DNA from: Pseudomonadota bacterium
GTDB taxonomy: Bacteria; Desulfobacterota; WTBG01; CAIYCZ01
Reading direction: 5' to 3'
Assembly (NCBI GenBank): GCA_026388865.1
Contig: JAPLIX010000367.1
Coordinates: 1 to 30,811, forward strand
DNA length: 30,811 nucleotides
Below are positions 1-7,617 of the stretch, in pieces. Under the pieces are notes generated by a model, which worked only from the letters and a program-made list of their open reading frames with translations, made no database searches and was not told where the DNA came from. A program made the position numbers and the translations under genes. Each line of letters begins with the position of its first letter. The stretch's first letter is position 1.

Positions 1-1458
1 ATCCACAAAGTAGCGTGCTGTATTAACCATGCAGGTGTCTTCATCCACGCCCACCACCCCCCCTGATCCCATGATGGAGCCAAGCTTGGTGAGGCTTTCA
101 TAATCAATTGGTGATTCAAAATATGGTGCGGGAATACATCCGCCGGAGGGGCCGCCTGTCTGCACTGCTTTAATCCGCTTGCCCTCTACGCCGCCGCCGC
201 CAATATCATAGACAAGGGTCTTTAATGAAGTGCCAAAGGGTATTTCTGCAAGTCCTGCCTGGCTTATCTTACCTACCAGGGAGAGCACCTTGGTTCCCGT
301 GCTTGTTTCAGTTCCGGTCTGGGTAAACCATTCGCCGCCGCGGGATATAATGACCGGGATATTGCACCAGGTCTCAACGTTATTGATGTTCGTGGGTTTT
401 CCCCAGAGGCCTTTCTCTGCGGGGAACGGCGGACGTGTGCGGGAGCGGCCGGTAAAGCCTTCAATGGATGAGATAAGCGCTGTTTCTTCGCCGCACACAA
501 AAGCGCCGGCACCTTTCACCATGGTGATATCAAAGGAAAAGCCTGAATTGAGGATATTTTTCCCCAGGAAACCGTATGCTCGTAACTGCTTGAGGGCATT
601 CTGGAGCCGCTTGATTGCCAGAGGATATTCTTCGCGGATATAGATGATCCCTTCACTTGCACCGATTGCATAGGCGCCGATGACCATACCCTCAAGGAGC
701 ATGCAGGGATCGCTTTCCATTTCATTGCGGTTCATGTATGCGCCCGGGTCGCCTTCATCAGCATTGCAGATGATGTACTTCTTGTCACCTGTTGCATTGC
801 GGGCCAATTTCCATTTCTGGCCGGTGGGGAAGCCGGCACCGCCTCGTCCGCGAAGCCGGGCTTTGAGCACTTCATCAATAATCTCCTCAGGGGTCATGGC
901 CGTCAAAGCTGTAAGCAGCGCTGAGAACCCGCCTACGGCGATATATTCTTCAATATCCTCCGGATTAATGAGCCCGGTATTTCTCAGGATGATTTTTTTC
1001 TGCTTTGAGAAAAATGGCACATCTGCATAGTGCGTGACATCGTTAAACCCTTTGCCGTATTCAAAAACATTACCCCTGGTAATATGATCCCACTTTTCAA
1101 TCTTGCAGAGTGCTTTGCCCCGGTAAACATCGTTTTTAATCAGCGTGTCAATAATCCCCTTTGCATCATCAGGCACCACATTGGCATAGATGACGAGCGG
1201 CATATCAGGGATGCTCACATTGACCAGGGGCTCCCGGGTACAGTAGCCGATACAGCCCACCTTGGTAAACACCACATCAAGCTTTCTTCGCTTGATCTCA
1301 TCTTCCAGTGCCCGCATTACCCTGTCTGCGCCCGCAGCAATACCGCAGCTGGCGTAGCCCACGGCGATACGGGGCTTCCCCGGGAAAATCTTTTTTAAAC
1401 CCTGTTCTTTAATTTGTTTTAGATGCGTTTGATGATTTAGTTTCACTTTTTTTTCCAT
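1..1458 (-). CDS. nuoF: NuoF/HydB-family NAD(H)/FMN-binding subunit with N-terminal thioredoxin-like [2Fe-2S] domain; 3'-partial (runs off the window edge, so absent from the ORF track)
   Basis: Manual translation from ATG at 1458 (overlapping the nuoE stop) stays open to base 1: GYASCGIAAG, VGCIGYC, RLRGRGGAGFPTG, CNADEGDPGAYMNR, GAGAFVCGEETAL, RPPFPA, NNVET, GGPSGGC, MGSGG. Confidence 0.93.
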   Translation of the reverse strand, partial: MEKKVKLNHQTHLKQIKEQGLKKIFPGKPRIAVGYASCGIAAGADRVMRALEDEIKRRKLDVVFTKVGCIGYCTREPLVNVSIPDMPLVIYANVVPDDAKGIIDTLIKNDVYRGKALCKIEKWDHITRGNVFEYGKGFNDVTHYADVPFFSKQKKIILRNTGLINPEDIEEYIAVGGFSALLTALTAMTPEEIIDEVLKARLRGRGGAGFPTGQKWKLARNATGDKKYIICNADEGDPGAYMNRNEMESDPCMLLEGMVIGAYAIGASEGIIYIREEYPLAIKRLQNALKQLRAYGFLGKNILNSGFSFDITMVKGAGAFVCGEETALISSIEGFTGRSRTRPPFPAEKGLWGKPTNINNVETWCNIPVIISRGGEWFTQTGTETSTGTKVLSLVGKISQAGLAEIPFGTSLKTLVYDIGGGGVEGKRIKAVQTGGPSGGCIPAPYFESPIDYESLTKLGSIMGSGGVVGVDEDTCMVNTARYFVD

Positions 1459-1925
1459 TCATATTGTCGCAAAATTTCAGGTATTTTTTTTGGCGTTAAA
1501 TATCCATAAATAGTGCCGTCAATCATCATAACCGGAGCAAGGCTGCAGCACCCGAGACACCGGGTGGTTTCAATGGTAAAGAGCCGGTCCTCGGTTGTAA
1601 TTGACTTTGCATGTTTTTCTTCAGGATTGATTTTTAAGATATCCAGCATCGCTGCTTTCAAGCGGGGACCGCCGCGCACATGGCAGCTTGTTCCTTCACA
1701 AATCGTAATGATATGCTTACCCCGGGGTTTCAGGCTGAATGCAGCATAAAACGTGCAGACGCTGAATAGCTGAGAAAACGGAACCCCCATCTTCTCACTG
1801 ACATACTGCATTGCCTCTTTGGGCACATACCCTTCCTCTTCCTGAATTGCTTCAAGGGTTGATAAAACCTGCCCGGGCATACTTACATACTGCTCAATAA
1901 TTTTATCAAGTTTTCTTGCATCCAT
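1443..1925 (-). CDS. nuoE: NuoE/HydC-family [2Fe-2S] subunit
   Basis: 160 aa; CEGTSCHVRG and CLGCCSLAPV cysteine motifs; N-terminal LEAIQEEEGYVP...TFY; overlaps the nuoF-like start. Confidence 0.93.
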   Translation of the reverse strand: MDARKLDKIIEQYVSMPGQVLSTLEAIQEEEGYVPKEAMQYVSEKMGVPFSQLFSVCTFYAAFSLKPRGKHIITICEGTSCHVRGGPRLKAAMLDILKINPEEKHAKSITTEDRLFTIETTRCLGCCSLAPVMMIDGTIYGYLTPKKIPEILRQYEWKKK

Positions 1926-2156
1926 GTTCAGTCTCTAAATTTAATAAGTAATAAAAACAAGCAGATGAGAGAAACAGACGTTTTTCCTAATCAGTCCCCA
2001 CCATATAAAATGTGCCCGGGGGATACACCGCATGCAATGGTCAGGCTGGCAATGCCCGGCATCCCATGGATTAGCTGAGGCGGCAAGAATTAATCTCAAT
2101 GCCGACACAATTCTTATCCACCATCCAACAACAAACCATTTTAAAAACCTGACAAA

Positions 2157-2195
2157 GGAAGCCTGAAGAGACACTAAAATACTCTTCAGGCTTCC
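2157..2195 (-). terminator. Perfect 14-bp hairpin in the long nuoE leader; possible intrinsic terminator or attenuator
   Basis: GGAAGCCTGAAGAG (2157-2170) pairs with CTCTTCAGGCTTCC (2182-2195), 11-nt loop; on the minus strand it is followed by TTTGTCAGGTTTTT. Confidence 0.45.
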
Positions 2196-2303
2196 CTGGC
2201 AATATGGCGGGCTGGAGATACATCCAACCTTTTCGGCTCCGCATACACGGAAATCGGAAACTCATGTAAAGTAAGGTGTCTGTATATCTCAAAACATTAA
2301 TCG

Positions 2304-2332
2304 TTTGTATATAAAACAAGCGTCGCTGTCAA
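2304..2332 (-). promoter_or_regulatory. Candidate sigma70 promoter for nuoE-nuoF
   Basis: Minus strand TTGACA-N17-TACAAA. Confidence 0.4.
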
Positions 2333-2368
2333 CTTTTTTTATTTAGTCTTTTATTCCCTCAGTCACCA

Positions 2369-2397
2369 TTGACGCATAGGTATTTTTATTTTATACT
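2369..2397 (+). promoter_or_regulatory. Candidate sigma70 promoter for the ferritin-like gene
   Basis: TTGACG-N17-TATACT, about 55 nt upstream of the ATG; RBS AAGGAG. Confidence 0.6.
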
Positions 2398-2453
2398 GCG
2401 ATAGTTTAAAAACCGAATGACCCATTATTTTTTTAATAGAAGGAGCATGCACC

Positions 2454-2906
2454 ATGGAGAGAAAAAATTTTAATGAAATAATTGATTTTGCCATTGAAAG
2501 AGAACAGGAAGCCGTGAAATTCTACCATGACCTGCAGGGCCTGGTCCTTTTTAAGGCAAGGCAGGAAATGCTTCGTGAGCTTGAAGATATGGAAAAAGGG
2601 CACATAAAGACCCTTGAAGGTATCCGGAAGGGTACAACCAGGATTACTGAAAGCCCAAAAGTTCAAAACATGAAAATAAGCGACTATCTGGTTGAAGCAA
2701 AACCCGCAGCTGATATGAGCTACCAGGATATTATAATTACCGCCATGAAGCGTGAGGAGGCATCTGTCCAGCTTTATACCGACCTTGCTAACCTTTCCGC
2801 AGATGCAACCGTCAAGCAGTTGTTTTTAAATTTGACCGCCGAAGAGGCAAAACACAAGCTCAAGTTTGAAAAAATATACAATGATGAAATATTAAAAGAT
2901 AACTGA
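2454..2906 (+). CDS. Ferritin-like / rubrerythrin-family di-iron protein (no rubredoxin domain)
   Basis: 150 aa; paired motifs AIEREQEAVKFY...MEKGH and AMKREEASVQLY...EEAKH (ExxH). Confidence 0.88.
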   Translation: MERKNFNEIIDFAIEREQEAVKFYHDLQGLVLFKARQEMLRELEDMEKGHIKTLEGIRKGTTRITESPKVQNMKISDYLVEAKPAADMSYQDIIITAMKREEASVQLYTDLANLSADATVKQLFLNLTAEEAKHKLKFEKIYNDEILKDN

Positions 2907-2916
2907 GGTCAAGATT

Positions 2917-2956
2917 CAATAATAACGGGGGCTCATTTGAGCCCCCGTTATTATTG
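2917..2956. terminator. Bidirectional intrinsic terminator between convergent genes
   Basis: Perfect 19-bp inverted repeat CAATAATAACGGGGGCTCA / TGAGCCCCCGTTATTATTG with A/T-rich outer arms. Confidence 0.85.
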
Positions 2957-2976
2957 TGTCAATTGCTATCCGGTAA

Positions 2977-4149
2977 TTACTTTACCCTGATCTCCATCTC
3001 GGTCTTTGCATCTCCCTTTGCTATGTGGGAGGTGAATTTCACCGTGGCCTTCTTGTCCATCTTGATCTGTTTCAGCACATTAGCCACAAAATCTTCGTCC
3101 ATTGCTACCAGCGCTGCCTTGTATCCCTTGTCTGCCTGCAGCATGTCTGCTACCTGTACAAACGGATCTGCCTCGGCGGTTAATACTATACTGCCGTCTG
3201 CCTTGCTGCTGGCCTTGAATGCGGTGTATTTCTTATGTTCACAATATGCAATAATGTCTGCCACATCCTTTGCCGTCTTTACCGTGCCGATCTCACAATC
3301 AAGCTTGGCATCCTTTACCCACATCTTCGGGAATGTCTGCCACAGCTTCAGATATATACCCGTTGCCTTTGCCTTCACATTCAGGTTAAGCTGCAGCCAG
3401 GCAAGAAAATCTACGGCAAAAAATCCAAGAAACGAACCGGGGCCCTGCTCCTCAAGCGTCCGCTTCTGCTTCTTCAATATGTAAAGTACCGGCTCCTGAT
3501 TCCCGATCTCAAGATCAATGAATTTTCTCGCCACTTCAGGAAGCGGAAGATCAGGATTTGCATCACGTGTCCGCAATATTATCTGGCAGGCACAGGCTGC
3601 GCCGTCACGGCATCTGCCCGAAGGCAGTTCTACCAGGATGTCTTCCTTTAACCCTGCCTTCTTTGCCTTTTCAATCAGCTCCCATATATACACATAGGTC
3701 AGATACACTTCCTGCCGGTAGTAATCATGACGGCAGTACGTGCAGTCTGCCGGGCCGTAGGCCGGGTTTGCACACCACTGGACATGGCCTACATGCTCTG
3801 TCGCGGTATTGCGCCTGGTAATATACAGCGCAGGTACTCCGATGAAGCAGTCCTCCACTATCCTTCCAAGGGTTGGAAGGTCTTTTACCTCTTTCAGTCC
3901 AAACTTCGCCATCGCCCCGTCAAAGGACATGTCTGCCAGGGCTGCCCACACATTGCCGTAGTACTTCAGGCCATCCTTCTCGCCCAGAGCCGGCTTAAAT
4001 GTCCGCCAAATATAATATACATGCCCAAACAGTGACTTCAAGGCTTCTACGGTTAAATCCTTTAAGCTCATCTTTAAAAGCTTGCAATGGGCCTCCATAA
4101 ACGGCAGAAACGGGCTCGGCGCTGACTTTGCTTTTGCTTTGCTTGCCAT
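2977..4149 (-). CDS. Hypothetical protein with two tandem V4R/H-NOX-like (ATC-hydrolase-like) domains; Cys-rich first half
   Basis: 390 aa, RBS AAGGAGG. The halves align: GLKYYGNVWAALADMSFDGAMAKFGLKEVKDLPTLGRIVEDCF vs ATGIYLKLWQTFPKMWVKDAKLDCEIGTVKTAKDVADIIAYCE (8/43 identical, ungapped). V4R-like ends GRCRDGAACACQIIL and SHIAKGDAKTEMEI. CDS is solid; fold call is tentative. Confidence 0.7.
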   Translation of the reverse strand: MASKAKAKSAPSPFLPFMEAHCKLLKMSLKDLTVEALKSLFGHVYYIWRTFKPALGEKDGLKYYGNVWAALADMSFDGAMAKFGLKEVKDLPTLGRIVEDCFIGVPALYITRRNTATEHVGHVQWCANPAYGPADCTYCRHDYYRQEVYLTYVYIWELIEKAKKAGLKEDILVELPSGRCRDGAACACQIILRTRDANPDLPLPEVARKFIDLEIGNQEPVLYILKKQKRTLEEQGPGSFLGFFAVDFLAWLQLNLNVKAKATGIYLKLWQTFPKMWVKDAKLDCEIGTVKTAKDVADIIAYCEHKKYTAFKASSKADGSIVLTAEADPFVQVADMLQADKGYKAALVAMDEDFVANVLKQIKMDKKATVKFTSHIAKGDAKTEMEIRVK

Positions 4150-4231
4150 AAATAATTTCCTCCTTAACGTGTTATAGGGTTACTTGATGTTACGGGTCAA
4201 TTCTCTTTTATTGTCTCTACAATGGCAGGTC

Positions 4232-4261
4232 ATTATATAAGCCCCCTCTTAAAATTGTCAA
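4232..4261 (-). promoter_or_regulatory. Consensus sigma70 promoter for the 390-aa gene
   Basis: Minus strand TTGACA-N18-TATAAT. Confidence 0.7.
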
Positions 4262-4422
4262 ATAAAATTGAATTTATAATTGATTTTGAGGTAAAATATT
4301 TTTATGCTGGCTCTGTCCAGAAAATGTCCTTGATTCAATGGCTGAACTCCCCCCCTTTAAGCAGGGGAACCAACTGCAAAGGCGTAAATAAAGCAAGTCT
4401 CTGAAAATGCTGGGGTAATTAC

Positions 4423-4842
4423 ATGTCAACCACAAACCATATTGCTCTCCCGCTTGAATTAAGAAACGCCATGATAGACCATGCCCGGCGGGAGCTTCCC
4501 AACGAGTGCTGCGGGGTGGTCATCGGGCAGCAGGGAGTTTTTGAGCGCGTGATCCCCGTCACCAGCATCCACCCCGCGCCTGACGCCTATTTCATGTCCC
4601 CCGGGGAGCAGGTCGAGATCTTTACCGAACTGGGCACCAGCGGCGGGAGCCTGCTGGGTATTTATCACTCGCACCCCAAAGGCCCTGTCAGCCCCTCGGG
4701 CATGGACATCAGCCTTGCCTTTCACCCTGACGCGGTCTATTTCATTGTCTCGCTTAAAAATAAAAAGCAGCCGGAGGTAAGGGCATTCCGGATAGAAAAA
4801 CAGGTGGTGACGGAGATTTCAATTCGAGAAAATCCGGCATAA
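4423..4842 (+). CDS. JAB/MPN+ (M67, Mec-like) metalloprotease
   Basis: 139 aa; PNECCG and YHSHPKGPVSPSGMD (E...HxH-x7-S-xx-D), plus RAFRI. Confidence 0.9.
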   Translation: MSTTNHIALPLELRNAMIDHARRELPNECCGVVIGQQGVFERVIPVTSIHPAPDAYFMSPGEQVEIFTELGTSGGSLLGIYHSHPKGPVSPSGMDISLAFHPDAVYFIVSLKNKKQPEVRAFRIEKQVVTEISIRENPA

Positions 4843-4844
4843 AG

Positions 4845-4982
4845 TGGCATATCGGGCTGTGGGAAAAGGAAAGCCTGCCGCCGCCAAAGACAAAGCCTCC
4901 GCCGTCAGAATATTATGCGGACGAACAAATCCTCTCATATGACTGCGCCGACCCGGATTACCCTTTTGAAGCATATCTGTAA
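4845..4982 (+). pseudogene. C-terminal remnant of an IS91-family (rolling-circle) transposase
   Basis: Start-less frame WHIGLWEKESLPPPKTKPPPSEYYADEQILSYDCADPDYPFEAYL*, resembling the recalled HLGLW...PPP...DPDYP tail of IS91-type transposases; no catalytic core present. Confidence 0.6.
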
Positions 4983-5117
4983 AAAATTTATCAAGGCTGA
5001 ACGGGAGGGGTGCGTTCAAAACCAGCCGTTGCGCTTGACATAACGCCTCATATCTGACAGTGCATCACGCCACAACCGTTTAATCGCATCGCAGATTTTT
5101 GTCCGGTCAACCCTGCC

Positions 5118-5191
5118 CATATCTTGCGGCGGATTTTTTATTGACACACAATCACCCCAGTCTTATACTTGCTTCATATCAAAGCGAGTTC
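5118..5191 (+). repeat. 74-bp direct repeat, copy 1, containing a sigma70 promoter
   Basis: 62/74 identical, ungapped, to 5737-5810; TTGACA (5141-5146)-N17-TATACT (5164-5169). Confidence 0.9.
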
Positions 5192-5216
5192 CTATAAATA
5201 ATTAAGGAGTTAAACT

Positions 5217-5405
5217 ATGCTTACTGCAAAAGAAGAAGTTAAAAAAATTCTTGATCAGTTGCCTGACGATGTTAGCTATGAGGACATTCAGTATCATATT
5301 TATGTGCGGGAAAAGATTGAGCGGGGGCTCAATGATATTCGGGACGGGAATATCATTAGTCAGGAAGAAGTTGAAAAAAGGATGTCCAAATGGCTTGGAC
5401 AATAA
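5217..5405 (+). CDS. Putative antitoxin of a RelE/ParE-type type II toxin-antitoxin pair
   Basis: 62 aa acidic protein (LPDDVSYEDIQYHIYVREKIERGLNDI...SQEEV) overlapping the downstream toxin; RBS AAGGAG. Confidence 0.75.
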   Translation: MLTAKEEVKKILDQLPDDVSYEDIQYHIYVREKIERGLNDIRDGNIISQEEVEKRMSKWLGQ

Positions 5406-5698
5406 ATTGGACTCAATCTGCCTGGAATGACCTTGAAGCGGCTGCCGATTATATCAGCAAAGACTCTCCCCGATATGCTGCTTCATTTGTTCGGGAAGTT
5501 CGGGATGCCGCCCGGTCGCTGAACACACTGGCATTTCGAGGTCGAGTTGTTCCTGAGTTAGATGATACAAACATACGGGAGCTTTTTCTCAAAAGCTACC
5601 GTCTTATCTATCAAGTTACGGCACAAAAGATTTATATCCTTGGTCTTATTCACGGAGCCCGTGATTTGTGGATGCTTTGGAAAAAGGAGGGCAGGTAA
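5390..5698 (+). CDS. RelE/ParE-family toxin
   Basis: 102 aa; WTQSAWNDL, GRVVPEL, RELFLKSYRLIY, IHGARDL. Confidence 0.88.
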   Translation: MAWTINWTQSAWNDLEAAADYISKDSPRYAASFVREVRDAARSLNTLAFRGRVVPELDDTNIRELFLKSYRLIYQVTAQKIYILGLIHGARDLWMLWKKEGR

Positions 5699-5736
5699 AA
5701 GCATTTTCTCCAAGAGGGGAAGGGACTTTGCCCTCG

Positions 5737-5810
5737 CATATCTTGCGGCATATTTTTTATTGACACACAACTGCCTCAATCCTATATTTACCTCATCTCA
5801 AAGCGAGTTC
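5737..5810 (+). repeat. 74-bp direct repeat, copy 2, containing a sigma70 promoter
   Basis: 62/74 identical to 5118-5191; TTGACA (5760-5765)-N17-TATATT (5783-5788). Confidence 0.9.
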
Positions 5811-5929
5811 TGCTATCAATTATCAATAATTTCACATCCTGATTTAATCAATTAGATTTCCGTTTTCACGGAAATGACATTTTACATTCAGGCATTGGAA
5901 AAGCTTCTGCGGGATGAAGGGAATCCGTC

Positions 5930-6145
5930 ATGAAATCAGGCAGAAAGAAAAAAGACGTTACGGATGAACCCAGGAGATTCAGAGAGTTGGTGCGTGCCAT
6001 GTCTGATAATTTTTTTGACGGCCACACCGAGTTCAAAGCGTTGAATCCTGAGCAGAAACTTCAGTGGCTTTCGGCATGTGCGCGTTTCGTCTATGAGGCA
6101 CAGCAGAAAAAGCCTTCCGGCAGGCGGAAATTACCTGGCAGTTAG
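5930..6145 (+). CDS. Small hypothetical protein
   Basis: 71 aa (FDGHTEFKALNPEQKLQWLS); purine-rich upstream region; ATGA overlap with a short upstream frame. Confidence 0.55.
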   Translation: MKSGRKKKDVTDEPRRFRELVRAMSDNFFDGHTEFKALNPEQKLQWLSACARFVYEAQQKKPSGRRKLPGS

Positions 6146-6183
6146 AAGGGGTGTGTGTTATCAAAAAGAATGTTTTGTTCTGT

Positions 6184-6197
6184 TTGACCTAAGTCAA
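6184..6197. promoter_or_regulatory. TTGAC-N4-GTCAA palindrome (CRP/FNR-family-like operator)
   Basis: TTGACCTAAGTCAA, about 80 nt upstream of the 6276 gene; geometry matches the FNR box TTGAT-N4-ATCAA. Confidence 0.4.
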
Positions 6198-6275
6198 TAC
6201 TGCTTACCGCACGTGATGCTATAGTGTATTTATATTAAGATAAGATATAATCATAATTAACAGGAGGTAATAACC

Positions 6276-6491
6276 GTGACCAGAGCAGACATGTTTGTAA
6301 ACCCGAAACGAGAGGACTGGATGACCCCGGAGCTTGAGGCCAAATTAAAAAGTTTAGCCAAGGATGGCAAGATAAGCTGCTATCAGTCGCAGAAGTTCGC
6401 CGAGGATAACAATATCCAGATGAACAAAATGAAGGCCTTTCTGGATGTGGCCGGGCTTAAGGTGCAGAACTGCCAGCTGGGATGTTTTTAA
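6276..6491 (+). CDS. Small conserved anaerobe protein with C-terminal CQLGCF motif; function unknown
   Basis: 71 aa from GTG with RBS CAGGAGG; KDGKISC...GLKVQNCQLGCF (three Cys). Confidence 0.75.
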   Translation: MTRADMFVNPKREDWMTPELEAKLKSLAKDGKISCYQSQKFAEDNNIQMNKMKAFLDVAGLKVQNCQLGCF

Positions 6492-6493
6492 AT

Positions 6494-6521
6494 CAGAACA
6501 CAGAGCACAGAAGACAGAAAA
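6494..6521 (+). repeat. Heptamer tandem array
   Basis: CAGAACA CAGAGCA CAGAAGA CAGAAAA immediately after the stop codon. Confidence 0.7.
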
Positions 6522-6592
6522 AACGGAGAAAGTCCTGCCAGCTTGGAGACGTACAGGCCGGCAAGCAAAACTTTTGAGGGAGTTGACATCTC

Positions 6593-7615
6593 ATGGCTAA
6601 ATCACTGCGTGAGGAACTGAGGCAGGCCATACTGGATCGGGTGGCAAAGAAAGAGAATCCGCTGGAAGGGTTTTATTGTGATGAGCAGACGCGCGAGGCA
6701 ATCCTTGCCGTGCTGGTGGCAGGCCGGCACCTGCTGCTGGAGGGGCCGCCGGGCACCGGAAAGACCACCCTGGCGCGGATAATATCCGCCCTTCTTCCGG
6801 CCATGGATACTATTGCCGACTGCCGCTACAACTGCTATCCCGAGGACCCGTCCTGCCCTGACTGCCGCGGCAAAAAGAGCCATAAAAAAGTTAAGACCCC
6901 CGGCAGCAAGCGCTTTGTGCGCATCCAGGGCTCGCCCGAAATGATGCCTGAGGACCTGATGGGCGACCTTGACCCGGTCATGGCCATGCGTCTGGGCATC
7001 CAGGATCCGCGGGCGTTCACGCCGGGAAAAATCCAGAAGGCGCACCGGAAAATCCTGTTTATTGATGAGCTCAACCGCGTGCCGCAGCGCACCCAGAACA
7101 CCCTGGTGCAGGTTCTGGAAGAGGGCATCACCACCATTGCCGGTTTTGATTTTACCTCGCAGGTTGACACGCTGGTGGTGGCAACCGAGAACCCGGAGGA
7201 ATTTGCCGGCGTTGAGCGGGTGAGCGAAACCCTCTCTGACCGGTTTGAAGAGATCAGGATCAGCTACCCGGATTTTGAAGACGAGGTAACCATCCTGAAA
7301 CAGTACGGAAAAACACTCGATGCGGTCAGCGTCCCCGAGGACATGCTGCACCGCGCGGTCGCCATCTCCAACGCGGCCCGCGCTATGCCCGAAGAAATTG
7401 AACGGCTGCCCAGCGTGCGCACCAGCCTTTCCATTTACGAGCAGGCCCAGTCCCTGGCCCGGCTGAAAAATGTCAAACAGGTGAAAGCCGAGCATGTGGA
7501 AAAGGCCGCCCGCAGGGTGCTTCAGGGCCGGCTGGTGGTGAGCGCGGAGAGCCGCTACTACGACAAGCAGGACCTGCTCATCGAAAAAGTAATCGAGCAG
7601 GCAAAAAAGAAATAG
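6593..7615 (+). CDS. ChlI/MoxR-type AAA+ ATPase (magnesium-chelatase subunit I-like)
   Basis: 340 aa; Walker A GPPGTGKT, ChlI-like Cys insert CRYNCYPEDPSCPDC, Walker B LFIDELNR, ATENP, DRF arginine finger, lid PSVRTS. Confidence 0.88.
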   Translation: MAKSLREELRQAILDRVAKKENPLEGFYCDEQTREAILAVLVAGRHLLLEGPPGTGKTTLARIISALLPAMDTIADCRYNCYPEDPSCPDCRGKKSHKKVKTPGSKRFVRIQGSPEMMPEDLMGDLDPVMAMRLGIQDPRAFTPGKIQKAHRKILFIDELNRVPQRTQNTLVQVLEEGITTIAGFDFTSQVDTLVVATENPEEFAGVERVSETLSDRFEEIRISYPDFEDEVTILKQYGKTLDAVSVPEDMLHRAVAISNAARAMPEEIERLPSVRTSLSIYEQAQSLARLKNVKQVKAEHVEKAARRVLQGRLVVSAESRYYDKQDLLIEKVIEQAKKK

Positions 7616-7617
7616 CA

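Larger units (their letters stand above)
4845..5196 (+). mobile_element. IS91/ISCR-like relic: transposase tail plus ori-like end
   Basis: Transposase tail followed about 210 nt later by AAAGCGAGTTCCTATA (TTCCTATA core as in IS91/ISCR oriIS), with an outward-facing promoter. Confidence 0.5.

Noticed and set aside
1060-1090. Apparent frameshift in the nuoF-like gene (no long ORF in the track)
   Set aside because: Recounting TACCCCTGGT gives four C; the frame reads DHITRGNVFEYG without a break. The ORF is missing from the track only because it has no stop within the window.
230-1398. Plus-strand ORFs 230-643, 680-1030 and 1030-1398
   Set aside because: Antisense shadows of the nuoF-like gene; no family motifs.
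1926-2300. Known riboswitch in the nuoE leader
   Set aside because: No match by eye to Moco, cobalamin, SAM, TPP, glycine, fluoride or c-di-GMP consensus cores.
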